From Octopus vulgaris (lineage: Eukaryota), in assembly GCA_951406725.2 (NCBI GenBank), contig OX597842.1:11222001-11286000 (forward strand): a stretch of 64,000 bases of DNA. The letters are read 5' to 3'. Numbering within the stretch: position 1 is the stretch's first letter; every line of letters begins with the position of its first letter. A program made the translations under genes and the position numbers. Of this stretch, positions 44,490 through 58,410 are shown piece after piece. The notes under the pieces were generated by a model. It saw nothing but the letters and a program-made list of their open reading frames with translations. It was not told the origin of the DNA and did not search any database.

Positions 44490-45053
44490 TATATTAAATT
44501 AGAGATAAAACCACTATTAGGCAAATCATACAATGAAAAACTTAAGCCAATACATAAGATTAATTCATTTATATTATTTTAAATATATCAAAATTATTAA
44601 AAAAAGATAATTAGTATAACACTACGATCGTATATATATATATATATAATAATATAATGTAATATAGTATGATATAAATAACATATATAGGCATATATAC
44701 ATACATGTATGTACATACATTATTACGTATATATACACATGCATGTGTGGACACAGGACGTCACGAAACGTGTACAACAAAAAATACGAAGTAAAAGTAC
44801 AGCGAAAGACACGAATGGAAAACAAGACAAACAACATACAGAACGACCCTTCATCGGGTGTTGGCTGTTTTTCTAGTCTCGTATTTCGAGCATTTAACAA
44901 CAATATACGCTTTCGATAAAACAGTTGCTTCCGCAAAGTAAATTAAATAAAAGTTGGGATTTTGTGACGGGTCAAAATAGGTAACACAAACAGGACAGTG
45001 AAAACAAACAGGAAGGGCTGCTAAGCCTAAACGAGGGTGTGGGGGCATATATG

Positions 45054-45120
<67 letters not shown>

Positions 45121-45125
45121 ATATG

Positions 45126-45169
<44 letters not shown>

Positions 45170-45201
45170 CATATATATATATATGTATGAATGTATGTAT
45201 T

Positions 45202-45238
<37 letters not shown>

Positions 45239-46040
45239 AGCGTCTGTTGCCGAAGAGAAGGTATCGTAGCTTTTTGCACCGCCATTTGTAACTCTGAGTA
45301 CTATAATGGCAACATTTTTTTTGTTTGTTCTAAATTATAACATATAAATATTCCTTTATTTCTCTAATATCGAGGTCTCATACATATATACATATATATA
45401 AATATATGTAGATGTGTATATATATATATGTGTGCGTGTGTGTAAATATGTATGTATGTGTGTGCATGTATGCATATATGTATGTGTATGTATGTACGTA
45501 CGTATGTATGTATATGTGAATCTCTGTGTATACACACATTAACACAGAGAAATCCTAATCGCCCTTATCATATTCTGTACATATACACACATTGTTTAGT
45601 ATCTTCCGCCATTTTTGGCCATTTACACACAAAAACTGAACAAAAACCCCCCAAAAAAAAACAAATAAACTAAATCTTCTAAATAACCGAAAAACGAACA
45701 AAAACCAAAACACAGCAAAAAACAAACATACAAATATAAACAAAATTTAAATAAATAAAATCGTAAAAACACAATTTAAATAAATTTAAATAAAATAAAA
45801 CTGGTTTTCTTTCGCGAATGAACGGCGGAGATTCTGGCAACGAAACCATTGCATGATGGGAAAACGCTGGTGTAAAACGATTGGTCGGCTTGGTGGTTCG
45901 CTATCCCATGATTCCGTGTGTAATTGATGGCGTTGGGTGAGTCAGCGTTGAATTAGTTCAGATGAAAACGACATCGGGACTTTGGAGACAATCAATCTTA
46001 ATTCTCGGCTGAAAAATTTATCGGCCGCCATCGCGATCGG

Positions 46041-46416
46041 AAGAAGAAGAAGAAGAAGAAGAAGAAGAAGAAGAAGAAGAAGAAGAAGAAGAAGAAGAAG
46101 AAGAAGAAGAAGAAGAAGAAGAAGAAGAAGAAGGTAAAGAAGAAGAACAACAACAAGAAGAACAAGAACAAGAAGAAGAATCTTTAATTTCGTTATTATT
46201 GTTTTTTTGTTTTTGCGTTGCTTTTGTTTAAAATCAAGACAGTAGCACCAACACCACCAGCAGCAGCAGCAACAGTAGTAGTAGTAGTAGTAGTGGTGGT
46301 GGTGTGGTGGTAGTGGTGTGGTGGTGGTGGTGTGGTGGTGGTGGTGATGGTAGTAGCAGTAGTAGTAATAGTAGTAGTAGTAGTAGTAGTAGGAATAGTA
46401 TTATTATTATTATTAT

Positions 46417-46458
<42 letters not shown>

Positions 46459-46482
46459 GAATAGTATTATTATTATTATTAT

Positions 46483-46515
<33 letters not shown>

Positions 46516-46542
46516 GAATAGTATCATTATTATTATTATTAT

Positions 46543-46575
<33 letters not shown>

Positions 46576-46811
46576 GAATAGTATTATTATTATTATTATT
46601 ATTAGTAGTAGTAGTAGTAGTAGGAATAGTATTATTATTATTATTATTATTAGTAGTAGTAGTAGTAGTAGTAGTAGTAGGAATAGTATCATTATTATTA
46701 TTAGTAGTAGTAGTAGTAGAAGGAATAGTAGTTGTAATAGAAGTAGTAGAAGCAATTAAAAGGTAAAAAGTAATAATAATAATCATGATAATAATAATAA
46801 TAATAACAATA

Positions 46812-46880
<69 letters not shown>
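46041..46880. repeat. (GAA)n, (GGT)n, higher-order [(TAG)nGAA(TAT)n] and (TAA)n arrays
   Basis: Direct inspection; about six higher-order units at 46380-46730. Confidence 0.92.
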
Positions 46881-46881
<1 letters not shown>

Positions 46882-46890
46882 GTAAAGAAA

Positions 46891-47100
46891 TACCTATTTC
46901 TTTACTACCCACAAAGGGCTAAACACAGAGGAGACAAACGGATTAAGTCGATTATATCGACGCCAGTGCGTAACTGGTACTTAATTTATCGACCCCGAAA
47001 GGATGAAAGGCAAAGTCGACCTCGGCGGAATTTGAACTCAGAACGTAACGGCAGACGAAATACCGCTACGCATTTCGCCCGGCGTGCTAACGTTTCTGCC
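46891..47100 (-). mobile_element. SINE family B
   Basis: Reverse complement of 595-830. Confidence 0.85.
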
Positions 47101-47576
47101 AGGTCAATACTAATCCTTTCTAATCTAATATACGAAGAAGGCCTGAAATTTGGCGGGAGTGGGGGGGGACGGGGTAATTGATTATATCGACGCTACATCG
47201 GCAGCATTGGAACTTAGAACGTATTGAGCTCCTTAACATTTCGCCCGGTGTGTGAACCATTCTTCCAGTTCACAAAAGGCTTTGAGATTGGGATGGAGAA
47301 ATACAGGATATAGATGCGAAAATATGGTAAGCAATTCCGTTACTGGATCACCACGATTGCAAACAATTCTACAGATGAAAGGACAGCCTTGGAAGATTGC
47401 CAATCGTTGAAGTCCAGCACGAACAATGGCTTTCTTGGTGGCCGTCCATATTTCCTTCAGTACGTTATTCATGAAAGATAGAAATGAAAGGCCTTTATCC
47501 ATGCTTTATCTGTTTAAGAACTCACTAAATTCACAGGTAGACTGGGCTGCGTGTTCTCGTAATTATGCTGATATGG

Positions 47577-47609
<33 letters not shown>

Positions 47610-48018
47610 ATAGTAATAGTACTACCAGCGGGAAACTGACTGGAAACCCGTTATGTATACATACTCAAGCATATATAAATGCCTATATATACAGGAGTGG
47701 CTGTGTGGTAAGTAGCTTGCTAACCAACCACATGGTTCCGGGTTCAGTCCCACTGCGTGGCATCTTGGGCAAGTGTATTCTACTATAGCCCCGGGCCGAC
47801 CAATGCCTTGTGAGTGGATTTGGTAGACGGAAACAGAAAGAAGCCTGAAACAAGTAAATATATTTCGATAGGAGAATGAACTATCCTATGTTTATCGTCA
47901 GCATGGAAAATTCGATGAACCGACACCAGGGTAGCAAATTCACGTCAGAAACACGGTCGTAGCGACCTGTCCAAGGGTAGAAATGACTGAAACAAGTAAA
48001 AGAGTAAAAGAGTAAAGA

Positions 48019-48049
<31 letters not shown>

Positions 48050-48050
<1 letters not shown>

Positions 48051-48835
48051 TAGCAGTATAGCCCGGCGTTGCTCGGGTTCGTTTCAACCCTTTAGAATTG
48101 GAATTTTTGATAAGTAAATATTTTGCATTATGTAGCTTGTTATTCTCTTTAAGTGAACCTTTTTCTGTTTGAAATACACCGAAAAATGGCGACACAGCAG
48201 TCAAAAAATCGTAAAAAAATTGGGATTTTCATAGAAAAAAAAAGCACCTTTTTGATGTAAATAATTTTTGGCGTTAACATGGTCCGATTTGAATTTTATC
48301 TTCTACGGAAGGAAGAGCAAGCCTTCTTCTATCATACTCTCAATTTCGGTCAACTTGTGCTGCAGGGTCTCGGAGGAGATAGTGTTAGTTTGAAGGCTAC
48401 CAAACCTGCCACACACAGACAACTTCAGCTTAATATATGTAGACTAGCAGTATCGCCTGGCGTTGCTCGGGTTTGTTTTGACCCTTTAGAGTTGGAATTT
48501 TTGAAAAGTAAAAATTTTGCATTATGTAGCTTGTTATTCTCTTTAAGTGAACCTTTTTCTGGTTGAAATACACCGAAAAATTGCGACACAGCAGTAAAAA
48601 AATCGTAAAAAAATAAGGATTTTCGTAGAAAACAAGGCACCTTTTTGATGTAAATAATTTTTGGTGTTAACATGGTCCGATTTGAATTTTTTCTTTTTAC
48701 GGAAGGAAGAGCAAGCCTTCTTCTATCATACTCTCAATTTTGGACAACTTGTGCTGCAGGGTCTCGGAGGAGATTGTGTTAGTTGATGGCTACCAAACCT
48801 GCCGTACACAGACAACTTCAGCTTTATATATATGT
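48050..48835 (-). mobile_element. Head-to-tail dimer of a 394-bp non-autonomous Helitron
   Basis: Units 48050-48443 and 48444-~48835, each with the CTAG end and subterminal hairpin. Minus-strand junction CTAG|TC. Confidence 0.8.
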
Positions 48836-49057
48836 ATATATATATAGTCTTTTACTTGTTTCAGTCATTTGAATGTGGTCATGCTGGAGCACCACCTCTT
48901 AGTCGAAGAAATCTACTCCGGAATGGGATTAGAAACTGGAACTATGTGGTTAGGAAGTATGCTTCTTACCACTCAGCCATACCTGTGCCTATATATGTAT
49001 GTGTGTGTGTGTATGTATGTATGTATGTATGTATGTATGTATGTATGTATGTATGTA

Positions 49058-49101
<44 letters not shown>

Positions 49102-49196
49102 TAATCCAAACAAGAAAGCACAAAAAACACAACAACGCGACGACGTGGAACAAATATAGTATTATTGGACGCTCAGGAAGGAAGGAAAGAAGGAGG

Positions 49197-49231
49197 GTTT
49201 AACGTTTCGAGTGGAGCTCTTCGTCGGAAAC
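49197..49231 (-). ncRNA. Minimal hammerhead-like motif, paralogue of 39844 (element ~49098-49298)
   Basis: GUUU-CCGACGA-A-GAGC-UCC-ACUC-GAAA-CG-UU/AAAC. Confidence 0.6.
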
Positions 49232-49728
49232 ATAGGAGAAGGAAAGATCCAGAGAAGGGAAGACAGAGGAAAAAAATCGCCAACAGTACACACGAGGTAT
49301 ATATGTATGTATTTCTCTCTCTCTCTACTAAATCTGTGTACTAAATCCATTCACAAGGCTTTGGTCGACCGAAAGCTATAGTACGAGACACCTGCACAAG
49401 GTGCCACGCAATGGGACTGAACCTGGAGCCATATTGTTGAGAGGCAAGCTTCTCACCACACAGCCACGCCTGTGCATATAGAATACACAAAATACTTCCA
49501 TAATTATTTTTATACAATTCCTCACAGTATTTAATTTAATAAATACAATAGGATTTTTGAAATACCGAAGGGATCGGAGGGTCCACCCGAGCAAAAGAGA
49601 AATCAAAGGGTTCCATAGAGCGGAAAAAGGGTTGGGGAAAATTCTTTAGATCCATAAATACAAATACTTAGAATTTTGACATTGGTATAAAATATGGAAT
49701 CGCTTCATAAGTACACGACCATTTTGTG

Positions 49729-50350
49729 GAAGCGTAATGGCCCAGTGGTTAGGGCAGCGCACTCATGGTCATAGGATGACGGTTTCGATTCTCAGACCCG
49801 ACGTTCTGAGTGTATATTGAGCAAAAACACCCAAAGCTCCACATGGTTCCGGCAGGGGTTGGTGGCGAACCCTGCTGTACTCTTTCACCACGACTTTCTC
49901 TCACTCTTTCTTCCTGTTTCTGTTGTACCTATATTTCAAAGGGGCCGGCCTGGTCACACTCTGTGTCACGCTGAATCTCCCCGGGAACTATGTTAAGGGT
50001 ACACGCGTCTGTGGAGTGCTCAGCCACTTACACGTTAATTTCACGAGCAGGCTGTTCCGTTGATTCGGATCAACCGGAACCCTCGTCGTCGTAACCGACG
50101 GAGTGCTCCTGCAGGGGGTTGTGGCGAACCCTGCTGTACTCTTTCACCACGACTTTCTCTCACTCTTACTTCCTGTTTCTGTTGTACCTGTATTTCAAAG
50201 GGACCGGCCTTGTCACACTCTGTGTCACGCTGAATCTCCCCGAGAACTATATTAAGGGTACACGTGTGTGTGGAGTGCTCAGCCACTTACACGTTAATTT
50301 TACGAGCAGCTGGAACCCTCGTTGTCGTAACAGACGGAGCGCCACGACAC
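49729..50350 (+). mobile_element. SINE family C with tandem duplication of the body
   Basis: tRNA-like head at 49729; body ~49850-50107 repeated at ~50110-50345. Confidence 0.85.
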
Positions 50351-51714
50351 AACCCTTCCTATGACGTTTCTTAAAATATTAGCAAGGAATATCGTGGCCC
50401 TGGGTGGGGTTGGACATTAACTAAGGAACCAACCACGTCCTGATTATGTTTTCGGTAAAGATCTTTGGTGTTATGCTCTCAGGGTCTTTATTTATTATTT
50501 TTTTTTGTCTTTTGCAGAATCCACGTCACAGGAAACTATTTCCTTACCAATTTGCACCGAATTTCGCAGGAAATAATCTTGAAAATCGGTTTAATGGGAT
50601 TTTAGTAGTTCTTCGTTGGCTACGCGAAGAAATGGGAATTACGATGGGAAAGTGGAGGCCTGGGGGAGTTCACTAACACACACACACATACACACATATA
50701 CACTACAAGCGCTTACACGTACATGTGTTCTCAATTCACATACATGCACATATATACACTCACATATATATAAACACATACACACACCCTCCATCTCACA
50801 CACATATACAGACACACATACTCATGCACATACATACATTAACAATTTACATTCACACACACACGCACTCACATATATATACACACATATACGTATATAT
50901 ATACATACATTAACAATTTACATTCACACACATACACAATCACACACACATGAAAACACTAACACATACGCACACACGCACTTATGCACACTCACTCACA
51001 CACACATATACAGACTAACATATACAAACACTCTCCATACATACACATACACACCGTTACGCATACACATACATCACAAGACAAATACACACACACACAT
51101 ATACACACACAAACATATACACACACCTTCCAACACATGCATACGCACATACATTCACAAGTCTCATACACACACATACACACGCCCTCCAAAACACACG
51201 CATACTCACATTCAAAAGTCACATACATACACACATACCAAACACACAAACACATATTCACGCCACCAACACACGTGCATACACACAATCAAAAGTCACA
51301 CACACACATACACACACAAACACATACATACGTCCTCCAACACACACGCATACACACAATCAAAAGTCACACACACACACGCCCTCCAAAACACACGCAT
51401 TCAGACATTGAAAAGTCACATGCACACACAAACACATACACACGCCCTCCAACACACACACTCATGCACACATACAAACACGTACAAACACACAAATACA
51501 CTTTCACCCAGACATATACTCCGACTTGGTCAATGCGATACGCATTCACACAGTCACACACTCGTAAACAGGCACACGGTCAAAAACACATACGCAGAGA
51601 CGCAGACACATTTAACCTAGAATCTCCTCCATTCCGTCCCTTTCCGGTGTTCTTATTGATTTTCCTGCTCTCCTCAAAAATCACTCACCTCTTCTCGCTT
51701 TACATCACTTTTAT

Positions 51715-52088
51715 TGAGACATAGCATATCAAGGACTACATCATCTGAATGTATAGTATTTGTGGTTATAGTCGTTCTTATTGTTGTTGCTGTTGTTTTA
51801 GCCCCAGGTCTGTCCTCATCCAGACGGACCTATGATCAAGGATGTTCCAGCTGTGACAATCCCATCTTTTATTCAGTCATAGTGTATCTATGACTCCATT
51901 ATCTAATGTATAGTATAGGAGTTAGTATTAGTAGCTATAGTTGTTGTTTAACCCCATCAGTCCCGATCCAGACAGACCTATGATCAAAGACATTCCACCT
52001 GTGACCATCCCATCTATAATTCAGGCATAGTGTATCTAAGACTACATTGCCTAATGTACAGTATAGGAGTTAGTATTAGTGGTAATAG

Positions 52089-52119
<31 letters not shown>

Positions 52120-52140
52120 AGTTGTTGTTGTTGTTGTTTG
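51715..52140. repeat. ~158-bp tandem repeat (2-2.5 units), probably a SINE tail ending in (CAA)n on the minus strand
   Basis: GACCTATGATCAA...CCCATC...TAGTGTATCTA...GTATAGGAGTTAGTATTAGT repeated. Confidence 0.7.
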
Positions 52141-52582
52141 TAAAACTATAAGGGTTATAATACCTGATGTGTTTGTTGTTTTCACGGATATGTTGCGTTC
52201 GGAATATTACCTTCTTGTCTGTTAGAATACGACATACATTCGACTCCTTTAAAAACAAAATGAAATTTTGCTTACATTTGTCGTTATTGCATACATGCAC
52301 TCACATACCCAAACACAAAGGTTGTTCTTCAGTTCTTCAGTCTCCAGAAAAATGGCTAAAACTTTGCCCTATTTTTGATTATACCACATGCTACATATTT
52401 ACTATATCATGCCTTGATACTGTGTGGACTAAGACCCCCGTTGACCGGCCACTGGTATTTATAGTGTTAAACACTTGCGGTATGCAAATTAGGGACTCGT
52501 TCATAGAGTAACTGCTGCATTTGTTGAGTATATAAACAGTTTGGTTGCTTGTTTCTCCGGAGACTGTCAGAATGATTTAGAC

Positions 52583-52625
52583 GCCTCTGATGAGAAACCA
52601 ATAAGGTTCGAAAATCGATTAAGGT
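52583..52625 (+). ncRNA. Type I hammerhead ribozyme in DR-bounded element 52318-52704
   Basis: GCCU-CUGAUGA-GAAACC-AAUAA-GGUUC-GAAA-AUCGAU-UA/AGGU. Palindromic AAUCGAUU; cleavage predicted after 52621. Confidence 0.8.
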
Positions 52626-52955
52626 TGTTCATCGTATTTTTTTTTTCAGTCTGCGAAGAAATAGCTAAAATTTGCCGTTTATAATTATACCATATGTTGT
52701 ATATGCAGTGGTACCTTGACTTACGTGTTTAATTTGTTCCCTGACGGAGCTCGTAACTCAAATTACTCGTATGTCAAATCAAATTTCCCCATTGAAATAA
52801 ATTAAATGCCATTAATCCGTTCCGAGCCCCCACCAAAACCGCAATTATTTTTGTTATTTGTTTTTAAATAAGAAAAATTTATTTATAAATAACGAATATT
52901 GTATAAAAAAAACAGTACAATAGAATGTACTGAAATAAACTGGTTTTATTAAGCA

Positions 52956-53442
52956 CTAGCAGTATCGCCCGGCGTTGCTCGGGTTTGTAAGGGAAATAAC
53001 TATATAAGCATTTTTAGTGAGTTATAGCAAAAAAATAGCAAAAAAATGGATTAAAGATGGAATAAAAAATGATGGTAATTTTGGTGTCTTCAAGCCATGA
53101 AGTCGTTGTTCTAAAAGAACGCTGGTCTCCTTGACAATACTTTACGACGTTGATTTCCTTACACTCCCTTCCCCACAGCTTCACGAGGGAGGGAAGAAGG
53201 GGGAGAAGCAACGCCATCGACACACGAAAAAATATGCATTAAAATGGAATAAAATGATGTTAAATTATTTTTAAAATCGTAGACTCATCGTAGACGCGCG
53301 CTAATACCCAGACGAGCTCGATATGAATCACGACTATAAGATACCCGAATTTGGTTAAACTGCACCGCAAAATGTGGGAGTAGTTAGGAATCTAAATCGA
53401 AGGGGACAGACACTCACACAACTACAGTTTTATATATATAGA
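52956..53442 (-). mobile_element. Non-autonomous Helitron (41029 family)
   Basis: CTAG end at 52956, hairpin, TC start at 53442, A|T target. Confidence 0.8.
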
Positions 53443-53489
53443 TAAGGTACAGCATTTACCTTGGGGATGAGACAACTTGAGGATGCTGA

Positions 53490-53780
53490 CAGAGGTGGAG
53501 GAGAAAAGCTCTATCTACGACGATTTCATCTCAATCGAAGGAGAGGGGCTTTCTCCGTCCGGGTTGCGGATCCGTGGAATAAGCTGCCGGACGGGATAGT
53601 GAAGATGCCGACGAACGCTCGGTTCAAAGTTTCTCTTGACCAGAAATGGCCTGAACTCTTTGTATGACCACCCTCCTTGTATATAACTCCCTGTCCCCCT
53701 ACATGGCCTTGCTTTTGCTTTTTGAGCCAATAAAAATTGAATTGAACTGAATTGAAAAGGCTGAACTGAATAACTGAATC
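53490..53780 (+). mobile_element. CR1 LINE 3' fragment
   Basis: EKLYLRRFHLNRRRGAFSVRVADPWNKLP...FKVSLD, followed by an (AACTG/AATTG)n tail. Confidence 0.75.
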
Positions 53781-54582
53781 TTATTCGCTGATTTTTGTCC
53801 TTTGCGCCACGCTTTCCTCACTTTCCTCTGCAGGAATTTTTGATGAAAATCTGTCCAATAAGGCCTGTTTCATCCTAACTTTTAGAGTGTTTTTGAAATG
53901 TGTTAGGCAAGTGTCATTAAATAGCGCCATCACATGCCCAGTTGCAAGTTTCTCTGGGTGTTTCCTATGAATAAAATCTGAAAGTTTCTCCCACATTACC
54001 CACATTTCCTTTATCGCACTGGTAGAGGTAACCTCCTCCGCCTCCTCCGCCTCCTCCGCATTTCCTTTTTCCTGCAAAACCTCCGTGTGCCGCTGCGTCT
54101 GTAGCTCCTTTAGCTCCCGCACTATGACCCCGCAACTCCGGGTCATAGTGCTAGTATATATATATATATATAAATGGCCAAATGTCTGTGTGTGTGTGTG
54201 CCCTTTATACAAATCCACAATTTTTCAGTTAGAGGGCTCGCAGTTTCTATGGTCATTCCTTGGAGTGCTCCTCAATGATCTCATTAATGTAACCGCCATT
54301 CACGTCGAGGTCCATGGACTTGTCCAAGGATACAATCTCCTCCACAACTGCCGCTTCGAGTTCGAGTCTTTCAAAGTCCGTTTCGGACACAACCATAGGC
54401 CACAGCTTCTTCCACGCAGAGGTCAAGGTCCTTTTTGTACACCCTGCCAGGCCATATTGATAATTTTGAGGAATATCACGATGTTATAGTGGTCCTTCCA
54501 GAACTCTATAAGGGTGGGGTTTGTGCTCTTCCTCGTCTCAAAGCAGCGGCGGAACAGGATAGATGTCCGCTGTCGAGAGTCC

Positions 54583-54745
54583 CAGATGGACCTACCTAAC
54601 GACAAGAGGTGCAAATGAGGGTAGCTACATCAAACTCCATTCTTCACCAAGTGCAACATATTAGAGGAGGCTCTCAGTAATATCAGTGTAGCAAAACGGT
54701 GGTGCATCAGCATGGCCGCAGCTCTGAGCTGAAACTACAGCAAAA
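54583..54745 (+). mobile_element. 3' fragment of the 5078-6657 LINE family
   Basis: QEVQMRVATSNSILHQ and 3' UTR GGTGGTGCATCAGCATGGCCGCAGCTCTGAGCTGAAACT. Confidence 0.72.
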
Positions 54746-54911
54746 AAACTGTAAAAGATAATTAAGAGGTTCGGCTGGGATCAATTTCTTCGACTAAAGG
54801 CGGTGCTCCAGCATGGCCGCAGTCAAATGACTGAAAGAAGTGAATGATTAAAAGAATATATGTGTGTATGTATGCGTGTATATGTGTGTGTATGAACGTT
54901 TTTATCAAATA

Positions 54912-55307
54912 CTAGCAGCATCGCCCGGCGTTGCTCCGATTTGTAAGGGAAATAACTATATAAGCATTTTTAGAGAGTTATAGCCAAAAATTAGCAAAAA
55001 ATGCATTAAAAATGGAAAAAAATGATGGTAATTTTTTTTTTAAATCGTTGACTCATCGGAGACATTTTTAGAGAGTTACTTCCCTTATATAATAGCGAAA
55101 AAAATGCATTAAAATGGAAAAAAATAATGGTAATTTTTTTTTAAATCGTAGACTCATCGTAGACGCTCTCTGATACCCAGAAGGGCTCGATATGAATCAC
55201 GACTATAAGATACCCGGTTTTGGTTAAACTGCACAGCAAAATGTGGGAGTAGTTAGGAATCTAAATCGTAGGAGACAGACACACAACTTCACTTTTATAT
55301 ATAAAGA
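54912..55307 (-). mobile_element. Non-autonomous Helitron (41029 family)
   Basis: Same termini and internal repeats as 41029-41634. Confidence 0.82.
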
Positions 55308-55810
55308 TTAGAGAAGTTGGTACGAAACTATATCAGCGCGATGGGGCGAACGGTAGCATTCTTTAAGCTGTGGGGCACGAAAGACCCTCAACTATACATT
55401 GAGACACGATACTGCAAGAACCTAAGATTCAAACGCTCAGGGCTTTCCAGTAACTTGTCTGAAAACCAGAGAGACCGAAACAGAATGGATTTCAACATAT
55501 TGGAGAATTGAATAAATATTTGGAACAGCTTCGCGTCTACGATTGCCGTAGAATCGACAAGAATCCGAACCGAGGGCAGATGTACTAAAGAACAAGATTT
55601 TACAAAAACACAACTCGAAGAATAATGTAGGTTGGAGGGGGGGAGGGAAATGGTTGTGAAGAATGTGGTGGTATTTCTGTATTATCAGAGCCCTTCGGGT
55701 GCTGGTGTGAGAAGATAAATATCCACAGAGAGTGGGGGGAGTGGGAAGGAAGGTGACGGGGGTAGGGGGAAAACAGGAAAGCGAAAGAGGAGAGTGTGAA
55801 GAAGAGCGCA

Positions 55811-55856
<46 letters not shown>

Positions 55857-55875
55857 GCATATATATATGTATGTG

Positions 55876-55906
<31 letters not shown>

Positions 55907-56157
55907 GCACACATACACCTACACGTATGTATGTACATTTATATATATATATATATATATACATACATATGTATGTATGTATATATATTGTACATATGTA
56001 TGTATTATCTCTCCTGCTGTGCGTTCGCCTTGCGGCGAGTTTCTGTTATGTATATATGTATATATACCTATATATATGTACATATATATATATACATATA
56101 TATATATATGTATATATATATATAAATATATATATATGTATATAGATAGATAGATAC

Positions 56158-56189
<32 letters not shown>

Positions 56190-56286
56190 ATATATATGTA
56201 GATATATATATACACATATGTATATATATATATATGTGTTTATACACATACGTATGTACTTGTGTATAATTATAGACACATATATG

Positions 56287-56336
<50 letters not shown>

Positions 56337-57040
56337 CATATTCATATATATCTATGTATAAGTATATATTTATATATATATGTATGTATGTATGAGTGTA
56401 TACATATTCATAGAGATAGACAAATGCACTTAAGGAACATAAAAGGTTGGACATAGACAATAGAAATGGAAGCAGTGTCACACGTATATAACCTTGAGAG
56501 GCATCTATACACATATATACATATACACTTACATATATACGTACATAACCACATAAGCACGACGTAAAGACAGACAGAGACACAGGCAAACAGACATGAT
56601 AGTTAAAAGGCTGGTTATAGTGATCTATATACGATAACAACGACAACCACTTCACCTACAGATATATATATATACATATATATACATATATATACATATA
56701 TATACAAAGTGCTTAATGAAAAACAGTTCGACAAATAGGCGTAAAATTGAATGGGAAAGGTTAGATATACACACGCGTGTATATATTGTAACATTCAGAA
56801 ACTTTGTACGTAACCTAGAGCTGAACAGACTGACTGACAGAAAGACAAACTGGCGGGTTGACGAACAGACAGACGGAGAAATAGATGTGTTAATGGGTGA
56901 CGAAAATGGCCGCTATCAGCTTCTGGCGGAGAAATTTTCTATAAACACGTTTATCGAGAGGGGATGTTACCGGTTTCTCCCCCTGTAAATTCCCACAGAC
57001 AACTTAGGTCATGTGCGCATGCGTGTGTTAGGTGTGTGTT

Positions 57041-57080
<40 letters not shown>

Positions 57081-57169
57081 TAGGAATATATGTGTTATAA
57101 AGCTGTTTGCTAGAGGTAGACCATAAGTACACAGAGATAAGTAGCTTGTCGAAAGATGTATATGAATGC

Positions 57170-57203
<34 letters not shown>

Positions 57204-57287
57204 GCATACATATATATATGTATACCTATATATATATATATATATCTGTATATATGTATATACTTGTATATATATAACATCTACTTG

Positions 57288-57320
<33 letters not shown>

Positions 57321-57647
57321 GCATATACACAAACATATATATATACGCATACCAGCCTGTGTAGATATGTATGTGTGTCTACGCATTAATAAATATGAGA
57401 AGTATACCACGTACGATCTGTGAGAGTGTGTATATACATGAATACGAGTGCGTGTATACGCTTAGAAATATAAATATTCATAAATATATATATATATATA
57501 TATAAATATATAATATATATATATATACGTAGGTATGTATGTATATATATACATATATATATATATGTATGTATATATATATACATATATATATATATGT
57601 ATATATATACATATATATATATATGTATGTACATATATATATATACA

Positions 57648-57738
<91 letters not shown>

Positions 57739-57953
57739 TAAATTAAACAGATGTAGGCTAATATAATTAGTTCTCTAGAGGCCACCTATATCATTGGTCA
57801 AATGAACTAGCTTTCCAATAATATTATCATGGACGTAAGGGGCTATAAATCAAATATATTGAATATAGTCTTCCGTTGATATTTTAATATTTTTCCATCT
57901 TTTGTACTAATTCGTTCTGCTTGTGTATGTATGTAATGTGTGTGTGTGTGTGT

Positions 57954-57999
<46 letters not shown>

Positions 58000-58074
58000 T
58001 TTGTGAAACAACCGTTGAAATGAATATAATGGGGCGTCACAAATTCGTATGTACACAAACACTTATATCCGCAC

Positions 58075-58146
<72 letters not shown>

Positions 58147-58180
58147 ATTTGTATGTATGTATGTATGTATGTATGTATGT

Positions 58181-58218
<38 letters not shown>

Positions 58219-58286
58219 GTATATGTAGATAGATAGATATAAATATATATACAGATAGATGTATATATATATATATATATATAGTG

Positions 58287-58324
<38 letters not shown>

Positions 58325-58410
58325 CTATATATATACATATACACAGATAAATGTATATATATATATAGTATATATATATATATATATATATATTCATATA
58401 TATATATATA

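Larger units (their letters stand above)
52706..54570 (-). mobile_element. Tigger/pogo transposon relic (TIGD1-like transposase C-terminus) with nested insertions
   Basis: Terminus CAGTGGTACCTTGACTTACG. Minus frames give LFRRCFE....PTLIEFWKDHYNI...AWQGV/SAWKKLWP (54255-54570) and KELQ..HTEVLQE...MWEKLSDFI..KHPEK...LFNDTCLTHF...MKQ..LDRF (53781-54120). Confidence 0.78.

Noticed and set aside
47233-47502. 89-aa minus-strand ORF in unique sequence
   Set aside because: No recognisable domain, and its 3' end runs into a degenerate SINE.
47855-47905. CUGACGA...GAAA on the minus strand
   Set aside because: Stem II is not closed next to the core and stem I is weak; it could be chance.
49729-49800. 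tRNA gene
   Set aside because: tRNA-like A/B boxes are SINE heads continuing into SINE bodies; no full cloverleaf.
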